Positions 1 to 9,910 of a stretch of DNA of 64,000 bases are shown in pieces (positions within the stretch are counted from its first letter, which is position 1; every line of letters begins with the position of its first letter). The stretch comes from Armatimonadota bacterium (lineage in GTDB: Bacteria > Armatimonadota > SYMT01): NCBI GenBank assembly GCA_046292385.1, contig JBKBRF010000033.1, forward strand, positions 1 through 64,000, in the 5' to 3' direction. Made by a program: the position numbers and the translations under genes. The notes under the pieces are model-generated. The model was not told where the DNA came from. It did no database searches and was given only the letters and a program-made list of their open reading frames with translations.

Positions 1-80
1 TTTCAACTGCCCTCCCCTCTCCTCCCCTCTCCCCCCCCCCTCTCCTTCCCTCCCCCCCCCCCCCCCCCCCCCCCCCCTCG
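1..80. other. Low-complexity poly-C tract at window start, probably a contig-end or sequencing artefact
   Basis: Almost pure C/T run, unlike the rest of the window. Confidence 0.6.
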
Positions 81-103
81 CCGATCAGAGCTCCCTGCCG
101 AGC

Positions 104-424
104 CTAGTACTCGTGGTCTTCCTGGTCGATGCGGCCATCGCCGTTGACATCCCACGTGAGGCCGCCCAGGCGGGTGTGGCACTCCCAGTCGCCCCGCAGC
201 GCGCAGTGAACGCGGTCGATGCGCGCGCCGTAGTGGAACTCCAGGTGGTTGACCTGGTAGTACCACGGCATGTCGGGATATCGCAGCTGGCCGCGCGGGC
301 CGAGACGCGCTTCCGCCGGCATGGCGCCGCCGCGCTCGGCGGTGCGATCCTGCGCCTGCGCGGCGGAGGCGGACAGCGCGAGCACCATCAGGGTGCCGCC
401 ACAAAGAGCGATCAGTCGCTTCAA
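104..424 (-). CDS. Small secreted hypothetical protein (~106 aa) with a C-terminal DxNxDGxID calcium-binding-like motif
   Basis: TTG start at 424 with AGGAG upstream; signal peptide MKRLIALCGGTLMVLALSASAAQA; WDVNGDGRIDQED at C-terminus. Confidence 0.7.
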   Translation of the reverse strand: MKRLIALCGGTLMVLALSASAAQAQDRTAERGGAMPAEARLGPRGQLRYPDMPWYYQVNHLEFHYGARIDRVHCALRGDWECHTRLGGLTWDVNGDGRIDQEDHEY

Positions 425-872
425 CTCGGGTCTCCTCTCTTCTCTTTCCGTGCGGAACCCCGCCGTGAGCCGATCCGGCTCACCGGGCGGAGAGACAGCC
501 GGTGTCTCCGGGTCTCCGGCTCCCCGGGGAGCCGGGCGGTACGATTTGAGACTGCGGTGGGTGTCGCTTCCCCGGCCCTCGACCGGGTGGCGACCGTCCA
601 GAATATGCCACGCTTCTCGCCGCCGCAAACGTCAATTGCGCTCCGGGTCGCTATCCCCTCCCGCCCCCGGGCGGCGACAGCGCGACGTTTGCTTTCCCCA
701 ACCCCCTGGTAGAAACGGGGCGAGGCGCCCGCTCGGTGGGGCTCCGCGGAAGGATGGCGTTGGAGTGCCGGCCCCCGGCGCTCCGGCGATCCGGCTCTCG
801 TGGAACGGCCGCCCGGTCGGGCAGGGAGACACCGCTCCTCACGCCTGCAGTTCCGACGAGGAGGAAACCGAA

Positions 873-1820
873 GTGAAAGCCGTCCTTCCGATAGTCGCCC
901 TGGTCGCGGCAGCCACTGCCGGCCCCGTGTTTGCGCCGGTCGCGCAGGCGCAGGGACCGGAGTATCAGCAGGTCAGCAAATGGCCGAAGAACAAGCCGAA
1001 GAAGGCCCCGCGCTACCGCAAGGTGCAGGTCTCCGCCGTCTCCACCGATCAACAGGGCCGGGTTTTCGTCTTCCAGCGCTCCCGTAAGCCGGTACTGGTC
1101 TTCGACCGCGACGGCCGGTTCATTCAGGCCTGGGGGAAAGGCTTCAGCGCCCCGCACGGCTGCCGGGTCGACCCGGAAGGCAACGTGTGGCTCACCGACG
1201 TCGACACGCACCAGGTGTTGAAGTACTCCCCAGAGGGCGAGCGGCTGCTCACCCTCGGCGTGAAGTGGCGCAGCGGGAGCGGGCCGGACCGCTTCAACGG
1301 CCCCGCCGACGTCGCCTTCGGTCCGAACGGCGACGTCTACGTGGCGGACGGCTACTACAACTCGCGCGTGGTGCGGCTCTCCAGGGAGGGCCAGTACCTA
1401 GGCGAGTGGGGCCAGCGCGGCAACGCCTGGGGGGAGTTCAATCTCCTCCACTCGATCGCCACCGACGCGGCGGGCCGGGTCTACGTAGCGGACCGGGAGA
1501 ACTGGCGGATCCAGGTCTTTACGCCGGACGGCCAGTTCATCCGCGGCTGGAAGGTCTATCAGCGCCCCTTCAGCGTCTACGTGACGCCGGAGCAGCAGCT
1601 CTTCGTGGGGGACGGCACCGGCAATACGGTGAGCATCTACACGCTGGAGGGACGCCTGCTGAGCCGAATCCGGCCGGGTAACCAGATGAACTGCGCCCAT
1701 ATGGTGACGGTAGACGACCAGGGCTGCCTCTACGTCGCGAACCTGGACGGCAAGCGCGTGCACAAGCTGGCGCCGGGACCACAGCTTCCGCCACAGCACC
1801 GCCAGGTCCTACGCCACTAA
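873..1820 (+). CDS. Secreted NHL-repeat beta-propeller, peptidyl-alpha-hydroxyglycine amidating lyase (PAL)-like family
   Basis: GTG start after GAGGAGG; signal peptide; NHL repeats (FNGPADVAFGPNGDVYVADGYYNSRV, HSIATDAAGRVYVADRENWRIQVF). Confidence 0.85.
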   Translation: MKAVLPIVALVAAATAGPVFAPVAQAQGPEYQQVSKWPKNKPKKAPRYRKVQVSAVSTDQQGRVFVFQRSRKPVLVFDRDGRFIQAWGKGFSAPHGCRVDPEGNVWLTDVDTHQVLKYSPEGERLLTLGVKWRSGSGPDRFNGPADVAFGPNGDVYVADGYYNSRVVRLSREGQYLGEWGQRGNAWGEFNLLHSIATDAAGRVYVADRENWRIQVFTPDGQFIRGWKVYQRPFSVYVTPEQQLFVGDGTGNTVSIYTLEGRLLSRIRPGNQMNCAHMVTVDDQGCLYVANLDGKRVHKLAPGPQLPPQHRQVLRH

Positions 1821-1925
1821 CCGCCCCCGGCAGGCGATCCGAGCTGCCCGCGCGCCGCTCGCTGCGGCGGCGCGGGCAGTTTGGCGTACACTGAGGGGCA
1901 AGCCGCCGCTCGCCTCGCACCCCCG

Positions 1926-3344
1926 ATGATGCGTCTCCGCCGACCCCGCTTTAGCTGGCACGCCCGCGACAAGCTGATCCAGCCGCGCCACCCGGCGCGC
2001 ACCGTGGCGCTGCTGTTTCTGACGGCGATCGTGGTGGGCGGCATCCTGCTCTCGCTCCCGCAGAGCGCCCGGGAGGAGCCGGTCGGCTGGAGCACCGCCT
2101 TCTTCACCGCCACCTCCGCCGTCTGCGTGACCGGGCTGGCGGTGGTCGACACCGGGACGGTCTTCTCCGCATTCGGGCAGGCGGTGATCCTCGGCCTGAT
2201 CCAGCTGGGCGGGCTCGGCTACATGGCGGCGTCGACCTTCCTGGTGCTGCTGCTCGGCCGGCAGCCCGGAATCCACGAGCGGCTGCTGGTGGGCGAGGCG
2301 CTCGGAACCGTTACCCTGCGAGACGCGCAGCAGCTCCTCTTCCGCGCGGTGCGGTTCACGCTGGTGGTCGAGCTGGTGGGAGCGGCGATCCTGACGACAC
2401 GCTTCGCGCAGGAGCCGGACCGCACCTTCGGCGAGGCGCTCTGGCGCGGTGTCTTCCACTCGGTCTCCGCCTTCTGCAACGCCGGCTTCGACCTGTTCGG
2501 GCCGGACCGCTTTCCGATCGCGAGCCTGGGCCGCTACCAGACCGATCTGATAGTGAACGTGACGGTGGCGGCGCTGATCATCATCGGCGGCCTCGGTTTC
2601 GTGGTGTGGGAGGAGCTGCTGCGCTACCGTTCGGGAAAGCCGCTCTCGCTCCACACGCGGCTCGTGGTGACCGTCACCTTCTGGCTCACCGTGGCCGGCA
2701 CCCTCGCCATCCTGGTGGCGGAGTGGTCGAATCCGAACACGCTGGCGCCGCTGTCGCCCGGCAACAAGCTGCTGGCGTCGGTTTTTCAGTCGATCAGCAC
2801 GCGCACGGCCGGGTTCGCGACGCTCGATTTCGGCGGGCTTCGGTCCATTACCCTCGCCATGATGGGGGTGCTGATGTTCATCGGCGGCTCGCCCGGAGGC
2901 ACCGCCGGCGGGATCAAGACCACCACCTTCGGCGTGACGGTGATCGCTGTCTGGGCGACCTTGCGCGGCCGGCCGGAGCCGGAGGTATTCGAGCGGCGCC
3001 TGCCCCCGGACCTGGTTTACCGCTCGCTGGTGCTGGTCTTCCTCTCGCTGACGGTCCTGATCGCCGGGACGTTCATCCTGAGCTTCACGGAGCCGCTGGG
3101 ACTGCAGCAGGCGGGAATCCGCACGAATCTCTTTGTTCGCATCCAGTACGAGGTGATCTCCGCGCTCGCCACCGTGGGACTGAGCACCGGCATCACCGGC
3201 TCGTTGAGTGAGGTGGGCCGTCTGGTGATCATGTTCATGATGTTCCTGGGACGGTTAGGGCCGCTGACCGCCTTCGTAGCCCTGGCCCGTCCGCCCCGCC
3301 CCGTGCCCCGCCGCCTGGCGGAAGAAAGAGTACCCCTGGGATGA
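1926..3344 (+). CDS. ktrB: Ktr/Trk K+ uptake membrane subunit (start 1881 or 1926)
   Basis: Motifs FTATSAVCVTGL, HSVSAFCNAGF, RTAGF, GGSPGGTAGGIKTTT, SALATVGLSTG. Confidence 0.93.
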   Translation: MMRLRRPRFSWHARDKLIQPRHPARTVALLFLTAIVVGGILLSLPQSAREEPVGWSTAFFTATSAVCVTGLAVVDTGTVFSAFGQAVILGLIQLGGLGYMAASTFLVLLLGRQPGIHERLLVGEALGTVTLRDAQQLLFRAVRFTLVVELVGAAILTTRFAQEPDRTFGEALWRGVFHSVSAFCNAGFDLFGPDRFPIASLGRYQTDLIVNVTVAALIIIGGLGFVVWEELLRYRSGKPLSLHTRLVVTVTFWLTVAGTLAILVAEWSNPNTLAPLSPGNKLLASVFQSISTRTAGFATLDFGGLRSITLAMMGVLMFIGGSPGGTAGGIKTTTFGVTVIAVWATLRGRPEPEVFERRLPPDLVYRSLVLVFLSLTVLIAGTFILSFTEPLGLQQAGIRTNLFVRIQYEVISALATVGLSTGITGSLSEVGRLVIMFMMFLGRLGPLTAFVALARPPRPVPRRLAEERVPLG

Positions 3345-4015
3345 ACCGGCAGATCCGTCACAGCGCCCTGGTGGTCGGCCTCGGCCGCTTCGGCAGCGCC
3401 GCCGCGGAGCGGTTGACCGCGCTCGGCTGGGAGGTGGTCGGCGTAGACATCGACGGCGAGGTGGTGCAATCAATGCGCGACCGGATCGGCCACGTGGTGC
3501 AACTCGACGCGCGGGACATCGACGCGCTCGCCACGCTCGACATCCCCGGCTTCGAGGTCTGCATTGTCAGCCGCGCCGCCGGGATCGAGAGCAGTATTCT
3601 GCTGGTGCTGAACCTGCAGCAGCTCGGCGCGACGCGGATTCTGGCAAAGGCCGCCTCGGAGCAGCACGCCCGCATCCTGCGGCGGCTGGGGCTGGCGGAG
3701 ATCGTCTTTCCGGAGCGCGACGCCGGCGTGCGCCTGGCGGAGAGCATCCAGGCGCCGAACCTGGTGCAGTGGATCGACCTGGAAGGCGACCGCGAAGTAG
3801 CAGTGCTGGTGGTGCCGGAGCACCGGGTCGGCACCCGCTTGCGCGAGTGGCGCGAGATCCAGCGCCCCAGCGTCTACGTCCTCGGCCGCCTCACCCGCGA
3901 CGGCCGGCCGCGCGAGGTAAACCGGGACGAGCCGCTCCTCTCCGGCGAGGTCGTCATCGTCGTCGGCCCCGTAGCGGACATCATGCGCCTGGCCGCCTCC
4001 GCGAGCGAGCCGTAG
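3341..4015 (+). CDS. ktrA: Ktr/Trk K+ uptake NAD-binding RCK subunit
   Basis: VVGLGRFG Rossmann motif, IVFPERDAG; 4-bp overlap with ktrB. Confidence 0.9.
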   Translation: MNRQIRHSALVVGLGRFGSAAAERLTALGWEVVGVDIDGEVVQSMRDRIGHVVQLDARDIDALATLDIPGFEVCIVSRAAGIESSILLVLNLQQLGATRILAKAASEQHARILRRLGLAEIVFPERDAGVRLAESIQAPNLVQWIDLEGDREVAVLVVPEHRVGTRLREWREIQRPSVYVLGRLTRDGRPREVNRDEPLLSGEVVIVVGPVADIMRLAASASEP

Positions 4016-4021
4016 GGACTC

Positions 4022-4240
4022 TGGAACCTGATTCACCGCAGAGACGCAGAGGACGCGGAGAGAACCTCCGAACCAGGATCCGAACCCGACTTACCGCCAA
4101 GACGCCAGGAACGCCAAAGGGAACCAGCACGGAAAAACCCCGGAGTCGCTGTGCGGGACTCGAGACGCGTAGCAGGTCCAACTCTGGTTCCGGTTCTCTC
4201 CGCGCTCTCCGCGTCTCTGCGGTGAATCAGGTTCGGGAAG
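4022..4240. repeat. MITE/REP-like element family B, copy 1
   Basis: Terminal inverted repeats ATTCACCGCAGAGACGC...GCGTCTCTGCGGTGAAT; matches 57530-57760 in reverse orientation. Confidence 0.8.
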
Positions 4241-4245
4241 GCAGC

Positions 4246-5154
4246 CTATCGCAACCCCGGCAGGCCCAGGAGGCGGGTGAGGATCAGGCGGGCTTTGCGG
4301 GCTTTGGAAAGCTCCGGGCGGCGGGTGAGGACGTCCCACTCCTGTGCTTCGATGGCGTTCAGGATCGCCTCGCCGCCGCGCGTGAACAGCTCCAGGTCGA
4401 GCCGCAGCCGCTTCGGGACCATGTGGACGAGCGGGAGGCCGGTCGCGAAGAGGCGCCGCGCGCGCTCCACTTCGAAGCGCATCAGCTCCCGGAATTCGGG
4501 CGTCACCTCTCGCCGCGCTATCTGCTCTTCTCGCACGCCAAAGCGCTCCAGGTCTTCCAGCGGCAGGTAAACGCGGCCCTTCTGCCAGTCGACCGTGACG
4601 TCCTGCCAGAAGTTGGTGAGCTGGAGGGCGGTGCAGGTGGCGTCGGAGAGGCGCTGGCGCTCCGCATCCCGGAATCCGAAGAGGTAGAGGACGAGCCGCC
4701 CGACGGGGTCCGCGCTGCGGGTGCAGTAGTCGAGCAGGTCGTCGTAAGTGGGAAACCGCTTGACCGTCTGGTCCTGCACGAAGGCGTCGAGCAGGTGGTG
4801 GAACGGGTCCGCGGGGATCTCAAACCGCTCGATCGTCTCGGCGAGCGCCACGAAGACCGGATGGCGCGGCGCCCCCGCGTAGCAGGAGACCAGCTCGTCC
4901 CGCCACCACTCCAGCGCGCGCAGCGCCATCCCGGAATCGGGCAGCTCGTCGCCCAGGTCGTCCGACCACCGGCAGTAGGCGTACACGTTGTACATGTGCT
5001 GCCGGAGCTCACGCGGGAGCAGCCACGAGACTACCGTGAAGTTCTCGTAATGCGTCCGCGCCAGCCGCTCGGTATACCGCCGCGCCTCGTCCGGGCTGTA
5101 GGTCCGGCCTTCGGCGACGCGGTAGTAGGCGGGCAGATGTTCGTAGACGCTCAT
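4246..5154 (-). CDS. hpnC: Squalene synthase HpnC (hydroxysqualene synthase)
   Basis: LARTHYENFTVVSWLLP, YAYCRWSDDLGDE, YCTRSADPVGRLVL, LQLTNFWQDV. Confidence 0.9.
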   Translation of the reverse strand: MSVYEHLPAYYRVAEGRTYSPDEARRYTERLARTHYENFTVVSWLLPRELRQHMYNVYAYCRWSDDLGDELPDSGMALRALEWWRDELVSCYAGAPRHPVFVALAETIERFEIPADPFHHLLDAFVQDQTVKRFPTYDDLLDYCTRSADPVGRLVLYLFGFRDAERQRLSDATCTALQLTNFWQDVTVDWQKGRVYLPLEDLERFGVREEQIARREVTPEFRELMRFEVERARRLFATGLPLVHMVPKRLRLDLELFTRGGEAILNAIEAQEWDVLTRRPELSKARKARLILTRLLGLPGLR

Positions 5155-5160
5155 CGTAAG

Positions 5161-5199
5161 AAAGGCTAAAGGTAAAAGGCTAAAAGGCGAAAAGGCGAA
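5161..5199. repeat. Short tandem heptamer-like repeat (AAAAGGC/AAAGGCT, about 5 units) directly upstream of the hpnC start
   Basis: aaaggctaaaggtaaaaggctaaaaggcgaaaaggcgaa. Confidence 0.7.
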
Positions 5200-5285
5200 C
5201 CGTGGGACCTCTTACTCGTTCTCACTCGCGGCGGTCCGGGAACGCTGCTGTACCCGGCGAGAGCGCACTGCTCCCGCAGGCTGCT

Positions 5286-5319
5286 TCTCCCACTCTCCCC
5301 TGCGCCCACTCCCCCACTC
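5286..5319. repeat. CCCACTC-unit repeat (family G)
   Basis: tctcccactctcccctgcgcccactcccccactc; relatives at 9861-9894 and 48951-49018. Confidence 0.6.
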
Positions 5320-5439
5320 AGTTCCATTTAGCACGCTGCCCGCCTCGGGCGATAGAGCGGGTAACCCGGTTGTTCGTTCTATCGTACGCGCTTCCCTGCT
5401 TCTCGTCACCCTTCGAGCAAATAAAAGTTTGCCAAATCG

Positions 5440-6162
5440 CTACTCGAGCAGGCAGCGGCGCAGGTCGGTGGCGTTCGGCAGGGCGTAGCCATGCCAGTCG
5501 TTGTTGAAGTAGGCATAGACGTCGAGCCCGTCGTCGAGGCAGCCGCGGAGGCGGTCGGCCCACTCCCGCAGCCGTTCCGGGGGATAGGTCCCGCCGTAGT
5601 TAGTGCCGTGGAAGCGGACGTAGACCCACGGCGCGGTGACCCGCCAGGGGTGGTCTGGGAGCAGGTCGTGGACGCAGAGCGCCGCCTCGTGGCGGTGGAG
5701 CAGCGCCATCACGTCTTCCCGGAGCCAGGAGGGGTCGCGGACCTCAATCGTCCACCGGTGCCGCTTCGGCGCCGCCTCCAGGAACGCTTCCAGGCGGGCG
5801 GGATTGGCCTTCCAGCGCGGCGGGAGCTGGACCAGGATCGGACCGAGGCAGCTTTCGAGCCGCTCCGCCCGCTCCAGGAAGAGCGAGAGCGACTCCCCCG
5901 GGTCCTTCAGCTTCTTCATGTGCGTGGCGTACCGGCTGTACTTCACGGCATAGAGGAAGCCGGGCGGCGCCTGCCGGCGCCACGCCTCGAAGGTGGCCGC
6001 TTCCGGCAGGCGGTAGAAGCTGTTGTTGATCTCGACGGTGTCGTAGCGCTCCGCGTAGAAGGCGAACCAGCGGCTCACCGGGAGCCCTTCCGGATAGAAG
6101 AGGCCCTTCCAGTGCTGGTACTGCCAGCCGGAGGTCCCGATCCGCGCCTCGCCCCGCCGCAT
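5440..6162 (-). CDS. DUF72 (YecE-like) domain protein
   Basis: RIGTSGWQYQHWKGLFYP, TVEINNSFYRLP, LGPILVQLPP, YAYFNND. Confidence 0.92.
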   Translation of the reverse strand: MRRGEARIGTSGWQYQHWKGLFYPEGLPVSRWFAFYAERYDTVEINNSFYRLPEAATFEAWRRQAPPGFLYAVKYSRYATHMKKLKDPGESLSLFLERAERLESCLGPILVQLPPRWKANPARLEAFLEAAPKRHRWTIEVRDPSWLREDVMALLHRHEAALCVHDLLPDHPWRVTAPWVYVRFHGTNYGGTYPPERLREWADRLRGCLDDGLDVYAYFNNDWHGYALPNATDLRRCLLE

Positions 6163-6244
6163 CGCCGCCGCTCCCTTCGGAGCGCTTCTACCCGGAAGGG
6201 CCGCCGGGCAGCCGTCGGGGGCCGCTTTTGAGGGTAAGTTAGCG

Positions 6245-6253
6245 TGGTATAAT
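6245..6253 (+). promoter_or_regulatory. Extended -10 promoter element for mutS2
   Basis: TGGTATAAT (TGnTATAAT consensus) about 170 bp upstream of the ATG. Confidence 0.6.
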
Positions 6254-6260
6254 CGCGGGT

Positions 6261-6418
6261 CGTACGTATTGCGTGCTGCGTATTGCGTTGCGATCTGCTC
6301 CGTCCTCTGAACCGGAACATCCTGCCGGGCGAGGCGCTGCAAAGGCTTTCCGCCCGGCACGATGGCTGCGGAATCACCGTCAAGCGCTCCGCTACGCAAT
6401 ACGGAATACGAGATACGA
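6261..6418. repeat. Family A hairpin element (CGTATTG/CAATACG arms), copy 1
   Basis: cgtattgcg...tgccgggcg...cgcccggcacga...gctacgcaatacggaatacg; four copies in the window. Confidence 0.8.
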
Positions 6419-6420
6419 AA

Positions 6421-8874
6421 ATGGGCCCCCATTCGCTGCGAGTTCTGGAGTATGGCGCCATCCGGGAGCGGGTGGTGCGGCTGGCGGCGTGCTCCCTCGG
6501 GCAGGAGCGGGCGCGGGAGATGGCGCCCTCCCTCGAGGAGGAGGAGGTCCGCCGCCTGCAGGTGGAGACCGCGGAGGCGGTGCGGCTGCTTAGCGGCGGC
6601 GGCGGGGTGCCGCTCGGCGGGGTGCACGACATCCGCCCGGCGCTGCAGATCGCCGCGGTGGGCGGCATGCTGGAGCCGCACGCGCTGCTGCAGGTCGCCG
6701 ATACGCTCTCCGCCGGACGCAAGCTGCGCGCCTACCTGCTGCAGCGGCGCGACCAGTGCTCCGTCCTGTCGGAGCTGGCCGGGCGGATCCTGGAGCTGCG
6801 CCACGTGGAAGACGCCGTCTACGGCGCCATCAGCGAGCAGGCGGAGGTGCGCGACGACGCCTCGCCGCTGCTGTCGCGCCTGCGGAGGGAGATGCGCACC
6901 ATCCGCGGGCGGATGACGGAGCGGCTCAACTCGATCATCCGCAGCCCCGGCCACCGGGACATGATCCAGGACCCGGTGATCACCACGCGGGACGGGCGCT
7001 ACTGCATCCCCGTCAAGAGCGAGTACCGAACCCAGTTCGGCGGGCTGGTGCACGACCAGTCGTCCAGCGGCGCCACCGTCTTCATGGAGCCGGCTTCCGT
7101 GGTGGAGCTGGGCAACGAGCTCCGGCAGGTGGAGCTGAAAGAGCGCGCGGAGGTGGAGCGGATCCTGCGGCAGCTCACCGGGATGGTGGGGCAATCGGCC
7201 GAGGATATCCGCTACTCCGTGGAGGCGATCGGGGATCTCGACTTCATCGTGGCGCGCGCCCGCCTGGCGCTGGAGATGAACGCGGTCGAGCCGATCCTGA
7301 ACCGGGACGGCTTCATCGGCCTGCGGCGCGCCCGCCATCCGCTGCTCACCGGCGACGTGGTCCCGATCGACATCGACCTCGGTCGGGAGAAGACGGTCAT
7401 CGTCATCACCGGTCCCAACACCGGCGGAAAGACGGTCAGCCTCAAGACGGTCGGCCTGCTCACGCTGATGGCGCAGTCCGGGCTGCAGATTCCCGCGCAC
7501 GAGGGGAGCACGCTCTCCGTCTTCCGCGGCGTCTACGCCGACATCGGCGACGAGCAGAGCATCCAGCAGTCGCTCTCCACCTTCAGCGGCCACATCACCA
7601 ACATCGCCGGCATCCTGGAGCAGGTGGAGCGGACCGGGGCGAAGTCGCTGGTGCTGCTGGACGAGGTGGGCGCCGGGACCGACCCTACGGAGGGCGCGGC
7701 GCTGGCGAAGTCGATCCTCCAGCACCTGCTCCAGCGGGGCGCGCGCACCATTGCGACCACCCACTACGGCGAGCTGAAGGAGTTCGCCTACTCCACCCCC
7801 GGCGTGGAGAACGCGAGCGTGGAGTTCGACACCGAGACGCTCCGCCCCACCTACCGCCTCCTGATCGGGATCCCGGGAACGAGCAACGCCTTCGCGATCT
7901 CGGCGCGCCTGGGGCTGCCGCTGCCGATCGTGGAGAGCGCGCGCAGCCTGATCGGGACCGACCGCACCGTCCTCTCCGAGGTGATCCAGCGGCTGACCGA
8001 AGAGCAGCGGGAGACGGAGCAGGACCTCCGCAAGGCGGCGCAGACCGCGCGGGACCTGGAAGCGAAGCAGGCGCGGCTGGAGCAGGAGCTGCAGCGCGCG
8101 GAGAAGGAGCGCGCGGAGATCCTCTCCAAGGCGCGCGCCCAGGCGGAGGAGATGGTCCGCTCCGCCCGGCGCGAGATGGACCGGGTCCGCGACGAGATCC
8201 GCCGCCTGGAGAAGCAGGCCCGGCGCGCCTCCGAACAGCAGACGACGACGCCGACGGGGCTGCAGCAGGTCCGGGAAAAGCTGACCCGCGCCTCCGGCCG
8301 CATGGAGCAGCGCGCGGAGCGGGTCACCCGTCCCCGCCGCGGTGAGACCGACGCCGTACCGGAAGCGGCGCCGCAGCCCGCGCCCGGGCCGCTGGCCGCC
8401 GGAGACGTGGTCTGGATCTCCGGGCTGAACCAGCGCGGCACCCTCGTCTCGATCGGCGAGGACGACCGCGGACAGGTGCTGATCGGCTCCATGCGCATGA
8501 CGGTGCCGCTGGAGAACCTCCAGAAGATCCACTCCGCCACCCCCGCCACGCGCACCCCGGCACCCAGCCCGGCCAGCCGCGCCGCCGCCGGGGCCCTCTC
8601 CGACATGCGGCTGCAGGCGCGGGCGAACATCTCGCCGGAGGTGAACCTGCGGGGAATGCGCGCGGAGGAAGCGATCCAGCGACTCGACGAGTACCTCGAC
8701 GACGCCTGTCTCGCCGGCATCTCCCCCATCCGGGTGGTCCACGGTAAGGGCACCGGAGCGCTGAAGCGCGTGGTGTGGGAGCTCCTGCAGCAGCACCCCC
8801 ACGTCTCCGGCTACTCCCACCCTTCCGAAGAAGAAGGCGGAGCCGGCGCCACGGTGGTCACTCTTAAGGAGTGA
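6421..8874 (+). CDS. mutS2: Endonuclease MutS2
   Basis: ITGPNTGGKTV Walker A, DIGDEQSIQQSLSTFSGH, LLDEVGAGTDP, C-terminal Smr domain (VVHGKGTGAL). Confidence 0.97.
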   Translation: MGPHSLRVLEYGAIRERVVRLAACSLGQERAREMAPSLEEEEVRRLQVETAEAVRLLSGGGGVPLGGVHDIRPALQIAAVGGMLEPHALLQVADTLSAGRKLRAYLLQRRDQCSVLSELAGRILELRHVEDAVYGAISEQAEVRDDASPLLSRLRREMRTIRGRMTERLNSIIRSPGHRDMIQDPVITTRDGRYCIPVKSEYRTQFGGLVHDQSSSGATVFMEPASVVELGNELRQVELKERAEVERILRQLTGMVGQSAEDIRYSVEAIGDLDFIVARARLALEMNAVEPILNRDGFIGLRRARHPLLTGDVVPIDIDLGREKTVIVITGPNTGGKTVSLKTVGLLTLMAQSGLQIPAHEGSTLSVFRGVYADIGDEQSIQQSLSTFSGHITNIAGILEQVERTGAKSLVLLDEVGAGTDPTEGAALAKSILQHLLQRGARTIATTHYGELKEFAYSTPGVENASVEFDTETLRPTYRLLIGIPGTSNAFAISARLGLPLPIVESARSLIGTDRTVLSEVIQRLTEEQRETEQDLRKAAQTARDLEAKQARLEQELQRAEKERAEILSKARAQAEEMVRSARREMDRVRDEIRRLEKQARRASEQQTTTPTGLQQVREKLTRASGRMEQRAERVTRPRRGETDAVPEAAPQPAPGPLAAGDVVWISGLNQRGTLVSIGEDDRGQVLIGSMRMTVPLENLQKIHSATPATRTPAPSPASRAAAGALSDMRLQARANISPEVNLRGMRAEEAIQRLDEYLDDACLAGISPIRVVHGKGTGALKRVVWELLQQHPHVSGYSHPSEEEGGAGATVVTLKE

Positions 8875-8876
8875 GC

Positions 8877-9028
8877 AGGGTCGAGGGGATAGGGTTTAGG
8901 GTGTAGAACTTCCACGGGAGGCCGACACTGCTTACCGCTGGCGGTAGATTGAATGCGGAGAAAGCTCCGGATCCGCGGCGAAGCCGCACCGCAGCCCCCT
9001 ACACCCTATCCCCTGCACCCTAGACCCT
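8877..9028. repeat. Family D hairpin element (AGGGT../..CCCTA tandem arms)
   Basis: agggtcgaggggatagggtttagggtgtag ... cctacaccctatcccctgcaccctagaccct. Confidence 0.7.
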
Positions 9029-9034
9029 TCCCCA

Positions 9035-9856
9035 ATGAGTCACCAGCTTGAAGCGGATATCCTGGCCGCCTCCCAGCCGCTCCGGGTGCCGGGCGGGGAG
9101 GAGCGGCGCGTGCTGGCGTCGCCGGCGGTGGAGCGGCTGTCCGGCTCGGCGGGCGTGCCGCGCTGGGAAGTGGAAGCCGCGGCGGTGGAGCTGGGCATCG
9201 TGCCGCTGCACTTCCTCCGCAACCAGGCCCGCTTCTCGCCGGAGGCGCAGGCGCGGCTGATCCGCGCGCGCGTGGTGCTCATCGGCGGAGGTCCGGTGCT
9301 GGCACGCGCGGGGGAGCTGCTGGCGGCAAACGGCGTCGGGCGGATCGACGTCCTCTCTCCGCAGCCGGACGGCGCCGCGAGCGAGGCGGCCTCCGACGGC
9401 GACAAGATCGCGGCGGCGGTCCGCAACCGGAACGCGAGCAGCGAAGTGCTCTCCGCTCGCTGCGAGGTGAAGAGCGGGCGCGGACTGGAGCCGCTCAAGG
9501 GAGCCGACGCCGTCCTCGCCTGCCTGCGGGACTCGATGGAGGAGCAGCTTCTCCAGTTCGCCTGCCGCCGGGTAGAGAGACCGCTCGTCCTCGCCGGCAT
9601 CGAGGAGCGCCGAGGTCAGGCGACCACCGTCCTCCCCGGCGACCCGGGCGTGGCGCTGGTTTACAAGCCCCGCCACCCGCACCTGGAGCCGCAGCGCACC
9701 GGCGCCGACCTGGACGGCCGCGCGGTGCTGATGGTCGGGGCCTGGCTGGAAGAGCAGGGCACCCGCCTGATCCTGGGAGAAGGCGAGCTGCTGCGGGGAA
9801 GGCTGCTCTACGCCGACCTGGAAACTGGAGAGATGACAGAATACCCACTCGTTTAG
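9035..9856 (+). CDS. ThiF/MoeB/HesA-family protein with degenerate motifs
   Basis: LRNQARFSPEAQARLIRARVVLIGGG..LAANGVGRI; DAVLACLRDS; GQATTVLPGD. Confidence 0.7.
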   Translation: MSHQLEADILAASQPLRVPGGEERRVLASPAVERLSGSAGVPRWEVEAAAVELGIVPLHFLRNQARFSPEAQARLIRARVVLIGGGPVLARAGELLAANGVGRIDVLSPQPDGAASEAASDGDKIAAAVRNRNASSEVLSARCEVKSGRGLEPLKGADAVLACLRDSMEEQLLQFACRRVERPLVLAGIEERRGQATTVLPGDPGVALVYKPRHPHLEPQRTGADLDGRAVLMVGAWLEEQGTRLILGEGELLRGRLLYADLETGEMTEYPLV

Positions 9857-9860
9857 GACT

Positions 9861-9894
9861 GAGTGGGCGCAAGGGGGAATGGGCGAGTGGGAGA
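9861..9894. repeat. GAGTGGG-unit repeat (family G)
   Basis: gagtgggcgcaagggggaatgggcgagtgggaga. Confidence 0.55.
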
Positions 9895-9910
9895 CCCGAG
9901 TTTCCGCTCG

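Noticed and set aside
1..80. Poly-C tract as a G-quadruplex or phase-variation locus
   Set aside because: It lies at the sequence edge and is more likely an artefact; cannot be judged without reads
4246..5154. Hopanoid or carotenoid gene cluster
   Set aside because: Only hpnC is here; hpnD, hpnE and shc are not in the window
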